DNA from: Klebsiella phage vB_KpnP_BUCT711
Sequence record: OM816836.1
Strand: one strand, 5' to 3'
DNA: 38,367 nucleotides
Shown here: in pieces, positions 23,310-32,595 of the stretch
Position numbering within the stretch: position 1 is the first letter of the stretch
How the letters are laid out: each line of letters opens with the position of its first letter
The notes under the pieces: model-generated
Databases searched by the model: none
Seen by the model: the letters and a program-made list of their open reading frames with translations, nothing else
What the model was told of the DNA's origin: nothing
Made by a program: the position numbers and the translations under genes

Positions 23310-25804
23310 TGAGGGATATCTCCAGAGAAGCGCTGACGCTGCTGCGTGAGATCGATAACTACCGGTGTTCCGTCCTGTTTCAGAAGGTATCCGGTACCAA
23401 GTTTCACGAGATACTGGCTGTCGCCGTAGCTTTGCAGGCCGTACTGCCCAGGCGGAGCCTTAACGCCAGCACCGGTAACCTGCGTTTCCCATGCCTGATT
23501 AACCTCTTTATCGAACTGCTCAGAAGACATGCCCCACGGCAGCAGGACATTACCCATGCCGTTATAGTCATGCACGCCGCCAGTAGCGACGTTTATCGCC
23601 TGCTCCCAGACGTCAGAATCCAGCTCGCCAGAGAGATCGCCCTTCTGCGCCATTACTCCGGCGTAGTAGTCTTTCGCAACGTCATACGCCATAGATGCGC
23701 CCTGTGCGTCACCGGCAAATGCATCTTTAACGGTATTGCTGAACTCGAGCCGCATATCGTTTTCTTTCGGCATGGTAATGCCTTTGGCTTCTTTCGATCC
23801 TTTGCGTGCTGCGGCACCAGCCAGAATGGTTTGCGATGCGGTAGAGGGCGACACAGACACGTCAGGATTGAACCAGTTTTTCTCAGCAACCACGCCGCCA
23901 GGCTTGTCCATAAGAATTCCGGCAACAGCAGCAGACGGCGCATTCGCGCTGATTTGCTGAAGTGCTGCCATGTACGGCTTACCGCCGCCGGTGCTTTTGT
24001 GGATCGTGTCGAGATACGCAGATTGTTGCGAAACCGGGGCGTCTCGGAAGAATTTACCGATCTGGCTCTCCTCTTCTTTGGAAAAGAAAGTCAACGGTGT
24101 TCCGTATGCTCTAGCCAACTCAGAAACCTGAGAAGCACGCAGCCCAATGCTCTGACCGAAATTATTTTGGTTGGACATATCAATTGGTTTGGTTTGTCCA
24201 GAGGAAAGTGAGAACTGAATTGGATCCGCCTTACGCTGCTTAATAACTTCATCAGCAGCAGCCTGAACATGGTCGAATGCTGCTGCGCGCCCTGCCAGCC
24301 CTTCTCCATTACCAACTTGATTCTTTAGATCACTGACATATTGCTGAATGGATGCCGTCGGCATTGTGCGAAAAGATCCGATATACTGCCCGGCAACGCG
24401 CAGGTTTTCGAAATCGTTAAAACGCTGTGTCCCCTCCCGGTAACCGAAAGCGTTAATGAAGTCGCCCTGTGAAGGCGGATTATCGAACTGGATCCCCTTC
24501 AGATAAGCGGCGGTTGCATCCTGTACCTGATCAACAAGTTGGGCCTTGAACTGCGTACGAGCCTGGTTCCGCAGCTCCATAGACTGGCGTAAATATGCCG
24601 CCTGCTGCTGCGGGCTTGCGGCGTCGAAAGCTTGATTCCCTGAATATCGCTTAGGCGATTCCAGAGTAGTAAGACCAAGCGCGGCAGAAACGCCAGTGTT
24701 CAGTTGATCCTCGCTATATGGCTGTTTCCCGTTCTCGTGCTGGATGATGCCAGCGCAGAGCTGACGCAGGGTATTAATGTCGCTCATATTAAGCTGGTCA
24801 TTTGGCGTGACATTCAGCTTTTTGCATAATGCGGCAATGTACGCTTCTGTGTTATTGCCATCGCTGGCCGGCGCCCAACGATTAACGATCTCGCTCACGG
24901 TGTCGTATCCCTGGCGCTGGTACGACAGCAGGTTTTTACCCAGCGCTCGGATCCCATGCTCGGGCGTCACGAATTTCGCAAAACGCCCATCACTACCCGC
25001 CTGGCCATCCCACGAATTGGAACCGGCTTCGATGTTCCCCGGATTATTATTTCGCAGCCCTCTGGCGGCTGACGAATTACCATGCGCCGTAACACGTGGC
25101 GCACCCTCATTGTCTCCAGGCTCACCATTCTGCTGCATGAACTGAATATACTGTTGCGATGCTGCAGTACTCAGCGCGCTATCTGCCGCCTGCTCTTTCA
25201 GCTTTTCTTTTTCCGCTACAACCTGTTCCTGGCTCCATCCATGAGCGGCGGCGTACTGATCGATCGCATCAAACCCCATTTTTACCGTATTAACAAACGC
25301 TGCATCATCACCATAGAGCCCCTGCGACTGGGTTACCACGTTTTGCTTAATAGCGGAGAACTGCTGATCCTGAAACTGCTGGAACTGGCCAACCTCATAC
25401 CGGCGGGCCTGGTTGTGAAATGACTGCATCGACTGCTGCAATTGAAAAGATAACTGCTGACGGGCTTCGCCATCCGGCACGGTACCCAGCAAGTCCTGAG
25501 CTTTCTGCTGCATGTTCTGCATGACGACATCGCTTTGCCCTAGCGCAGCTTTTCCCTGCTTCGTTATCAGACCATTGTCAGGATTGTTGAACTGGTCATC
25601 ACCGAACTGATTAAACTGCAGCAGAGCATCCTGGCTAAGCGCTACATCAGCCTTGCGCTTTGCATCAGCCATCATATTGATCGACGTATCAGCAGCCTGC
25701 TGGATGCCCTGCACCAGCGGATTTTCCGGGACACGAAGATTACTCGTCATCACCGGCGCTGTTTGCGTCTGGCTCTGGCGTTGATATTGCGGAACGGTTG
25801 GCAT
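23306..25804 (-). CDS. internal virion protein (gp15-like) with possible cell-wall hydrolase-like segment
   Basis: 832 aa; Q-rich N-terminus; segment GLRNNNPGNIEAG...RFAKF...GIRALGKNLLSYQRQGYDTVSEIVNRWAP. Confidence 0.55.
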   Translation of the reverse strand: MPTVPQYQRQSQTQTAPVMTSNLRVPENPLVQGIQQAADTSINMMADAKRKADVALSQDALLQFNQFGDDQFNNPDNGLITKQGKAALGQSDVVMQNMQQKAQDLLGTVPDGEARQQLSFQLQQSMQSFHNQARRYEVGQFQQFQDQQFSAIKQNVVTQSQGLYGDDAAFVNTVKMGFDAIDQYAAAHGWSQEQVVAEKEKLKEQAADSALSTAASQQYIQFMQQNGEPGDNEGAPRVTAHGNSSAARGLRNNNPGNIEAGSNSWDGQAGSDGRFAKFVTPEHGIRALGKNLLSYQRQGYDTVSEIVNRWAPASDGNNTEAYIAALCKKLNVTPNDQLNMSDINTLRQLCAGIIQHENGKQPYSEDQLNTGVSAALGLTTLESPKRYSGNQAFDAASPQQQAAYLRQSMELRNQARTQFKAQLVDQVQDATAAYLKGIQFDNPPSQGDFINAFGYREGTQRFNDFENLRVAGQYIGSFRTMPTASIQQYVSDLKNQVGNGEGLAGRAAAFDHVQAAADEVIKQRKADPIQFSLSSGQTKPIDMSNQNNFGQSIGLRASQVSELARAYGTPLTFFSKEEESQIGKFFRDAPVSQQSAYLDTIHKSTGGGKPYMAALQQISANAPSAAVAGILMDKPGGVVAEKNWFNPDVSVSPSTASQTILAGAAARKGSKEAKGITMPKENDMRLEFSNTVKDAFAGDAQGASMAYDVAKDYYAGVMAQKGDLSGELDSDVWEQAINVATGGVHDYNGMGNVLLPWGMSSEQFDKEVNQAWETQVTGAGVKAPPGQYGLQSYGDSQYLVKLGTGYLLKQDGTPVVIDLTQQRQRFSGDIPQ

Positions 25805-25816
25805 AGTCAGCTCCTT

Positions 25817-26314
25817 TTACTTAGCGGAAAGCGGCTTCCAGGTACCGCCCAGCGTCTTGTATGCATTAAGACCGGTCAGCGTGGAGTTGAGCAGTGTTGA
25901 ACCTGCGCCAAGCATTCCGGACTGCTTATCAATTTTCCCTTGCGCTCGGCTGGTATCAGCCTGGAACTGCAGCCCGGCGGCCTGTCGCTGGCCGTTGTTG
26001 ATGGTGGTCAGCGCGTCGAGCGTGCCCTGCTGCATGGTTTCAGTTGTCAGGTCCAATGCGTTACCGCTCGTCAGGTCGGCGCCGTTAGCAGCCAGTGCAT
26101 TGGTTTGCTGTCCGGCAACCCGCCGGGCCTGCTGCCGCTGCTGGTATGCCTGGTCATTAGCTGTATTAATAGTGTCGCGGGCGGCCTGCTCCTGAGCGTC
26201 GGCGTTAGCGTTCGCCAGCGCGGCGTTAGCGCGGCCTGTCTGGATCTGGCTGTAAGCGCTGAGACCGCCAGAGACGGCGGAAACTGCCAGCGCTGCGGTA
26301 CCGACATCACACAT
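25817..26314 (-). CDS. internal virion protein (gp14-like position)
   Basis: 165 aa, Ala/Gln-rich. Confidence 0.45.
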   Translation of the reverse strand: MCDVGTAALAVSAVSGGLSAYSQIQTGRANAALANANADAQEQAARDTINTANDQAYQQRQQARRVAGQQTNALAANGADLTSGNALDLTTETMQQGTLDALTTINNGQRQAAGLQFQADTSRAQGKIDKQSGMLGAGSTLLNSTLTGLNAYKTLGGTWKPLSAK

Positions 26315-26777
26315 GGTCGATCTCCTTCGTAAAGTGGTGAAATGGCATGCCCTTTAATCCGTATGGCTCAGGGTCAGCAAGAGTGAACCCCATCCAGTGA
26401 AGCCAGGATTTTGCTGCGTGGTTACGCGCATCTACGTAATTTTCAAGCACGCGATATCCGCGTGACATGTCACGAAGAACCGGGCGGCAATGGCGGAGGA
26501 ATGTCAGCGGCTGATGCTCAATATGGTCGGTGCTAACCAGCCACGGAATACCTCGTCCGGTGATGATCGATGCAGGAGATATACCGAAGATGGTTACCAC
26601 CTGGCCGTTAATCATCCCTGCAGCGGCTACCGAAGCGCTTTTCATGGCGCGATTAATGACTTCCTCCGGAGTCATCCCAGCGGCAGCCATAAACTCATCG
26701 TGGTCTGCCTGGCGGACATGCGGGAGAATGGCGCAGATATGCTCGTCAGTAACGCTGACTATCTCAACTTTCCGCAT
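26307..26777 (-). CDS. virion protein (gp13-like position)
   Basis: 156 aa; order after the gp12-like gene. Confidence 0.45.
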   Translation of the reverse strand: MRKVEIVSVTDEHICAILPHVRQADHDEFMAAAGMTPEEVINRAMKSASVAAAGMINGQVVTIFGISPASIITGRGIPWLVSTDHIEHQPLTFLRHCRPVLRDMSRGYRVLENYVDARNHAAKSWLHWMGFTLADPEPYGLKGMPFHHFTKEIDHV

Positions 26778-26778
26778 A

Positions 26779-29256
26779 TCAGCCCCCTACCGTTACGCGC
26801 GGTATAATGGCCAGAATGCCAAGCGGCAGCGGATCGGAATGGCTGATTACAACCCGCCCGTTACGCTCCCAGTTTGCATCGAGGTTCATATCGATGATGC
26901 CCGTCTTTAGCCCTACCGGGTCGTCGTAGAATTCCCACTCACGCTGGGTATACTCCAGCAAGTGAGCATCATCTGTTCCGGCCCAAACCGAGCGCCCGCT
27001 GTTGAGCATTACGCAAAGCTGATTGATGAGTTTGGTCTTATCCAGCAGCGTAGACTGCCCTGCAACGTTCACGTCCAGCGTTTCGATAACCGCGGCTACC
27101 GGCAAACCGATATGCACCACTGACGAGTGGTTTTCGATCGTCACTTCGCCGCCTGATACAACCTGCTGAGGTTCAACGTTACCGTCGGCAAGAATGCTAA
27201 CCGTCTGCCCCTCGAGGTGAGACAGTCCCGCAAATGTCCGACGTGCTATCGACCATGTTGATTGCGCAGTGTTACGCAGCGCTGTCGGCACATCACGGTT
27301 TGCTAATACGGTAGCCACTGTTGATGAGATAACACCAGCAATGCTCAAACGCATCGACTTGCTGACACCGCCTTCGGTGTAGGGAATATGAATCTCGTAA
27401 TCAGTGCTCGATGAGTCGAAGATTGCAGAGCTGCATGTTAGCGTGAATTCATCCTGGTAGGTCCAGCCACCGGTGGAACTGATCGTCATTGTGCGTGAAG
27501 AGTCGGTGTTTTCTCCGCTGTAAGACAGGCCAGAATCCACGAAAAATGCATCCTGCTGTTCTGTAAACTGCCTGGTGTTCAGTCGTTCAATATAACGAAC
27601 TGTCGATCCATTCACCGTACGGCGAATAAGCGCATAGACCGCATCTTCCTGCCCTTCGCTAATACTGCAGATCGATTCGACATAGCCATTAGTCATCGGG
27701 TGCGGATGCCAGGCATATACCTGCTGCTCACGGAGATAAGTCAGCCCAAGAAGCATGCCATCACTCCTCGCACACCATGCAACGCTGAACGGCTGTACAG
27801 ACAAGGCCCAGTCCCTGATGCTGTAACCGTTAAACAGATGACTGGCAAGGAGGGTCAGATCACTGGATTGATAGCTGTCCTGGTCAAATGAGTAAAACAG
27901 GTCACGGATGATGGAGCCCTTCTGCTGAACGTACAGTGCAACGCTACCAACGTTGATTGGTGCCAGATCGCTGCTACCGTTGAACGACTGACCGGACATC
28001 GCAAAGCCACCAGTTCCCGTCAGGTTACCGTTGCTGTCGCCTGTCACCTTGAACTCTCCTCCGCTGGTCAGCACGATAAGCTGACCGACATCGAGAAGGT
28101 GCAGGATTTTGTTCAGCTGGCGACCGGCGTAGTTATAGGTGATCGCATCGTCGTCAACCTTCGGGTTGCTGCGATAGAAGTTGTGATAATCACCGGTACG
28201 GCTACACCATATAGTTTGAGGAAATGCCCGGCTGCCGCCGAAAATCAGCCGCTGCTGGTAATAGGTAACTGTACCCGGGTAGCCGTCAGTATCGTTCCAG
28301 GCGTAATGCGCCCATTTGTAAGTGGCGAAGGTGCTACCCACCACTTGCGCCGGCAGCTCGATCTCACCATCCTGACGTGGTACAACGTCGGCCGTTGCAG
28401 TTAGTCCATCTCCGGCGACGGCGGTAATACGGCACACGCCAAAACCACTATGCAGATAACGCCACAGCACACCGTTACGGCCACCAAGACCCCAGCCATC
28501 CCAGGAATCTCCCGTTGTATGGGTAGGAGCAACAGTGCCGGTTGTGCCATTAGAACCGCCGTCAACACAGCGATAAAAGTTCTCCTGATATCGGCACTCG
28601 TCACCGATCCCGATGTCTTTATCGGTTTCCCACCGACCAACACTATCTACCGCTTTCTGTTCCATGTAGAACAGTTTTCCCACGTGCTGGCTTTTGAAAA
28701 TCGGGCTGTTGGCAGTCAACGTTACGGATCCAGTTCGGCCTGAGGCGTACACAGTTACCGAGTCGTCTGTGTTCAGGTCCTGGAATGGCCCGCTGGTTGT
28801 TGTCACTGCGGCGGTGCGCCAGTCAGCCTCTCCGTAACGGCGGATCTCAAGCGGCGGATAATCGTTGTGGCACACTGTCATCACATCGGCAGACTGCGTA
28901 AATTTCAGCTCAGAGATGACGCTCACCGGCCATGGGGTAGCCACTTCAACAGGGCTGCCGCCGTCCGTAACCAGCGCGCCGTTAGACCAGACACGGAAAT
29001 AGTGATCACCGAGCTCGAGCGCATAGGTTTGCGATACGCTGAACTGGAACGGTATTAGCCGGCAGTAACGGTCTGCATATTTCGCGCTCCCCAGGAACCG
29101 GAACCCGGGACGATTTTCAATGCCGCCTGACTGCCGGACGATGAAATTGCGGCAGCGGCGCAATGACGTCTGGTATTTTTCAAGATCGATTCGACCATAC
29201 AGTGAAGGCGATATCTCGCCGCCGGCAAGCGACGGTTGCACCAGTGAATAGGCCAT
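26779..29256 (-). CDS. tail tubular protein B (T7 gp12-like nozzle)
   Basis: 825 aa; N-term MAYSLVQPSLAGGEISPSLYGR parallels T7 gp12 MALISQSIKNLKGGISQQP. Confidence 0.65.
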   Translation of the reverse strand: MAYSLVQPSLAGGEISPSLYGRIDLEKYQTSLRRCRNFIVRQSGGIENRPGFRFLGSAKYADRYCRLIPFQFSVSQTYALELGDHYFRVWSNGALVTDGGSPVEVATPWPVSVISELKFTQSADVMTVCHNDYPPLEIRRYGEADWRTAAVTTTSGPFQDLNTDDSVTVYASGRTGSVTLTANSPIFKSQHVGKLFYMEQKAVDSVGRWETDKDIGIGDECRYQENFYRCVDGGSNGTTGTVAPTHTTGDSWDGWGLGGRNGVLWRYLHSGFGVCRITAVAGDGLTATADVVPRQDGEIELPAQVVGSTFATYKWAHYAWNDTDGYPGTVTYYQQRLIFGGSRAFPQTIWCSRTGDYHNFYRSNPKVDDDAITYNYAGRQLNKILHLLDVGQLIVLTSGGEFKVTGDSNGNLTGTGGFAMSGQSFNGSSDLAPINVGSVALYVQQKGSIIRDLFYSFDQDSYQSSDLTLLASHLFNGYSIRDWALSVQPFSVAWCARSDGMLLGLTYLREQQVYAWHPHPMTNGYVESICSISEGQEDAVYALIRRTVNGSTVRYIERLNTRQFTEQQDAFFVDSGLSYSGENTDSSRTMTISSTGGWTYQDEFTLTCSSAIFDSSSTDYEIHIPYTEGGVSKSMRLSIAGVISSTVATVLANRDVPTALRNTAQSTWSIARRTFAGLSHLEGQTVSILADGNVEPQQVVSGGEVTIENHSSVVHIGLPVAAVIETLDVNVAGQSTLLDKTKLINQLCVMLNSGRSVWAGTDDAHLLEYTQREWEFYDDPVGLKTGIIDMNLDANWERNGRVVISHSDPLPLGILAIIPRVTVGG

Positions 29257-29867
29257 CAGCAGATCCTCGCACTGGCAAGGTCAGACATCGCCTGCTGCGG
29301 TTCATGTGCCTCATCAAGAGAGCGTTGCATGGCCGCCGTAAGCACCTGCTGATAATTGGCCATTGCCTGCTGACCGAGACTGGCATTTGCCGCGATCGGC
29401 ATGGCTATCTCTGCCGCCATACGCCACGAAAGCGCATCAGCGAACAGGGCATCAAACATCGTCGGATCAGTGATGCTTTTCACGTATAGCAGTACCGCCT
29501 GAGACTCATTGGTATGAATGACGCGGCCAGTGCCATCTTCATTGCTGCCAACTTCAAAAACAGGCTTATCCTGCAGAACGATATGAGACCCAGTGAACCA
29601 CTTCGGTAATATGGCAGCTATGCGCGCACAGTCGGTAGGGTACTGATACCGGAACAACCATCCCGGCGCAGGGTCGCCAAGGTCAGCCAGGACAACGCGC
29701 GACATGGCAAAGTTCCAGTCGTTGTCTGCCAGAACTGCGTCGCGCATGGACTCGTAAAACAGGTTGCAGGTATATGCCTCTTTGGTCTTTTCGGTGAGGC
29801 TGTTAATCGTCCGGCTGTTGCCTATACGTGCCAGCGCGATATTACAGATATTGATCACTGATGCCAT
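29256..29867 (-). CDS. tail tubular protein A (T7 gp11-like), start at ATG 29867
   Basis: About 203 aa; SD GGTGGA; the track start is a TTG 12 nt upstream. Confidence 0.5.
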   Translation of the reverse strand: MASVINICNIALARIGNSRTINSLTEKTKEAYTCNLFYESMRDAVLADNDWNFAMSRVVLADLGDPAPGWLFRYQYPTDCARIAAILPKWFTGSHIVLQDKPVFEVGSNEDGTGRVIHTNESQAVLLYVKSITDPTMFDALFADALSWRMAAEIAMPIAANASLGQQAMANYQQVLTAAMQRSLDEAHEPQQAMSDLASARIC

Positions 29868-29880
29868 ATCATCCACCAAC

Positions 29881-29905
29881 TAAAAAGGGGCTTTCGCCCC
29901 TTTGG
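29881..29905 (-). terminator. rho-independent terminator after the capsid gene block (T7 T-phi analogue)
   Basis: AGGGGC gaaa GCCCCT followed by TTTTTA on the minus strand. Confidence 0.5.
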
Positions 29906-29915
29906 TTATGAGGGC

Positions 29916-30194
29916 TTACACCCCGAGTTCTTTTCGCCTTTCGGCGATCTTCGCCTTCAGAGTTTCCGCTTTGGTATTGAAATGCGGCGCTTCGCCGAAC
30001 ATTTCTTCATACTGTTTGCGCAAATCGTCGAGCTCGGTTAACTCTTCTGCACTGGCCGGGACAATCTTTTCGCTCAGGCTGGCATCAACGGAAACCAGAT
30101 TACTTCCCGGCTCACCGTCGTAGGTAACGATGTCACCCGGCTCATGCAGGCGGCCATTGATGAATGACCGCTTAGCGACTTTGTACTCAGGCAT
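29916..30194 (-). CDS. hypothetical head-associated protein
   Basis: 92 aa. Confidence 0.45.
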   Translation of the reverse strand: MPEYKVAKRSFINGRLHEPGDIVTYDGEPGSNLVSVDASLSEKIVPASAEELTELDDLRKQYEEMFGEAPHFNTKAETLKAKIAERRKELGV

Positions 30195-30579
30195 TGGTTT
30201 GCACGCCTCCGGTGATACCGGCAGTGACTTTGCCGGTGGTCGGCGCAGTACCAGTCACCGTATAGTTCAGACGAATGTAGCGTTCCATCTTCATCGGCAA
30301 CGTGATAACCGGCGACTTATAGCCCAGCACCAGAGACGCCAGAGGGATCGTCATGGACAGCACGTCCGCAGCGGAACTGAATGCAGAGTTGTCATCGGTT
30401 TGCACCGTCACAGTCAGGCTGGTAAGGTTATTGAAACCTTCAACCACCTGGATAAGCAGCGGGATATCGCCATATTTACCGACATCTTTATTGCTGCCGG
30501 TATCAATGACGTTGGTCGAAGCAGCCGTGGCCGTAATGGCCTGAGCTGCGGAAAAAAGCGCTTGCTGGTCGAGCAGCAT
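30187..30579 (-). CDS. minor capsid / decoration-like protein
   Basis: 130 aa, Thr/Val-rich beta-like; immediately after the major capsid gene. Confidence 0.45.
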   Translation of the reverse strand: MLLDQQALFSAAQAITATAASTNVIDTGSNKDVGKYGDIPLLIQVVEGFNNLTSLTVTVQTDDNSAFSSAADVLSMTIPLASLVLGYKSPVITLPMKMERYIRLNYTVTGTAPTTGKVTAGITGGVQTNA

Positions 30580-30589
30580 GATCCCCCCC

Positions 30590-31597
30590 TTACGCCGTTA
30601 CGGCTGATTCAGTATTCAGGATGGCGTCAGCGCGACGGATCGGAATACCCAGGAAAGAAACGATTTTCTTACCGGCATATTCGTCGATCGTCAGGTTAAC
30701 GTTTTTCGCATTCATAGCCTGCTTGTGCAGCCAGGCATGGATGGTCTTGTTGCAGTAGATGACCTCTTTACCATCGCCCAGCATTGCGACATCACGCGCG
30801 TAGTACGCATCAACCATCATGCTGATGAGGTCGGCGCCGGTTGCAGCATCTTTGGTCAAGGTGGTGACATCGATGTTGCAGATGCGCGAGATCGAACGCC
30901 AGTCACGGACTGACAGGCCGAGATGCCATTTGAACTCATCACGGTAAGCCAGGAACTGACCGCCGTTCGCATCGCTGACCAGGTCATTACCCAGATCCTG
31001 ATGCTGGAACCCGGCGACCATACCTTCCGGATAGATCATGTGCGCGGTGTTCTCACCCCAGGACATGAACCAGATGGAGGTATTGGTAGAACCACTACCA
31101 CCGGCGCTGAATACGTTCTCCGCGCTGGCCGCTTTGGAAGTGCTCAGAGTGTTGAAGCGCGGAGCCAGGCCCATGAACGCTTCCGGCTCAGCATCGGTAT
31201 TGCCGTAGAAGGTGTAGCGGGAAACCTTGTTGTTAAAGCCCTGCAGCTTGCCCATGTTCTCGGACACGCGGAACGAGTCCGCATTACCGGAGCGATCGGC
31301 CAGGTCTTTGTCCACAAAGCCAAGGTCGTACAGCATACCGGTAGTGTCAGTCACCGGAACGGTCTGGGTTTTGGTAGGCTGCACGCCCTGGTTGTAACGG
31401 CGCCACACCGGCTCGGGAATACCGGCACGAATGGTGGTTTTGTGCTTGGAACCGTCATTACACGGCACGTAAATCGCATCGGTAATGACATCGTTGCTTT
31501 TCGCCAGCTGCTCGACGATTTTAGCGATCCGCCCGTTCTTGTCGGTACGGCTGTACACGTCAAGAAGAGAAGGCAGCGTCTGACCAATTAAAGCCAT
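30590..31597 (-). CDS. major capsid protein
   Basis: 335 aa; position after the scaffold gene; strong SD; gene followed by a terminator two genes downstream. Confidence 0.7.
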   Translation of the reverse strand: MALIGQTLPSLLDVYSRTDKNGRIAKIVEQLAKSNDVITDAIYVPCNDGSKHKTTIRAGIPEPVWRRYNQGVQPTKTQTVPVTDTTGMLYDLGFVDKDLADRSGNADSFRVSENMGKLQGFNNKVSRYTFYGNTDAEPEAFMGLAPRFNTLSTSKAASAENVFSAGGSGSTNTSIWFMSWGENTAHMIYPEGMVAGFQHQDLGNDLVSDANGGQFLAYRDEFKWHLGLSVRDWRSISRICNIDVTTLTKDAATGADLISMMVDAYYARDVAMLGDGKEVIYCNKTIHAWLHKQAMNAKNVNLTIDEYAGKKIVSFLGIPIRRADAILNTESAVTA

Positions 31598-31609
31598 GAT
31601 TACACCTCA

Positions 31610-32287
31610 CTATTTTTTGCTTGGATAAAACGCTTCGACCAGATCGTTTTTCGGCGATCCGTTACCCTGGCCAGTGACGAAACTGTCTTCACTCATCAAC
31701 TTGCCTACCTTTGCGAACGCCCGAACCATTTCCGGGTGATTACCCAGGCCGGTCGAGTCAAGGAATTCGCGGAACTCTTTCGATGCGAAGGTATCCAGCG
31801 CCTTCTGCGCGTGTCCGACGGATACCGTTAATTTGTCGCCACCGATTTCTTTGTCAGCCTTCGTGTCAGCTGCCCACTGTTCAACCTGCTGCCCCCACGA
31901 CTCAGCCTGGCGGTTCTGGATTTGCTCCTGCAGTTGTGGCCACAGTCCAGCCAACTTCTGCGCCTGGTCATTAGAAAGACCAAGCTCGCGCGCCACGGGC
32001 TCAAACAACTCAACAGCTTTTGAGTCCAGCTCAGTGCCTTCAGGTGCCGTTAGTTCATATTTTTCTGGAACCGATGGTTCAGCAGAAGGAGCTGGCTTAT
32101 CGCCAGTCGGCTCAGGTTTATCACCATCAGCTGGCGAAGGTTCTGGATCTACTGCTGGTTGTTGCGCTGCTTCAGATTGCTCAGCCGCAGGAGTCGGGGA
32201 TGGTTCGGATGCTGCTGGAGCTGCTCCACCATCTGCAGGCTGCTCATTGCACAAACGCCGATACATCAGACGCTCAAATAAATTCAT
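31610..32287 (-). CDS. scaffolding protein
   Basis: Starts at internal ATG 32287 (MNLFERL...); acidic Pro/Ala/Glu-rich N-terminal half and helical C-terminal half; between portal and capsid. Confidence 0.6.
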   Translation of the reverse strand: MNLFERLMYRRLCNEQPADGGAAPAASEPSPTPAAEQSEAAQQPAVDPEPSPADGDKPEPTGDKPAPSAEPSVPEKYELTAPEGTELDSKAVELFEPVARELGLSNDQAQKLAGLWPQLQEQIQNRQAESWGQQVEQWAADTKADKEIGGDKLTVSVGHAQKALDTFASKEFREFLDSTGLGNHPEMVRAFAKVGKLMSEDSFVTGQGNGSPKNDLVEAFYPSKK

Positions 32288-32289
32288 CG

Positions 32290-32595
32290 CTATTCCTCGC
32301 TGGCCTCTTTGGCCATTGCCAGATACTGATCGGGACACGCTTCCATCACGTCGGAAAAGACTTTCAGTCCCGTGTTACGTTTTCCTTCGGCGAAGGCTGC
32401 CGAGAGCGCCTCACCGGTATAAGTCGTACGCCACACTCCAGCCTGCTCAATCAGGCGCCAGATGAAACGGCGGCCGTGTTCTGTCTCGCAGATGAGGCGC
32501 AGGTCATTAAGTTCGTTCTCGCGCCGTAACTGCTGCCTTTTGAGCTCATCTGCTGCCAGTTCTTCACGCTCTTCTTCGCTCAGGTAATCAGTCAT
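32290..32595 (-). CDS. hypothetical head-morphogenesis protein
   Basis: 101 aa; coupled to the portal. Confidence 0.45.
   Translation of the reverse strand: MTDYLSEEEREELAADELKRQQLRRENELNDLRLICETEHGRRFIWRLIEQAGVWRTTYTGEALSAAFAEGKRNTGLKVFSDVMEACPDQYLAMAKEASEE

Noticed and set aside
23306-25804. Calling the 832-aa internal protein a lytic transglycosylase from the NNNPGNI segment
   Set aside because: The motif recollection is too vague and no catalytic residues could be assigned by eye. It is left as an internal virion protein.
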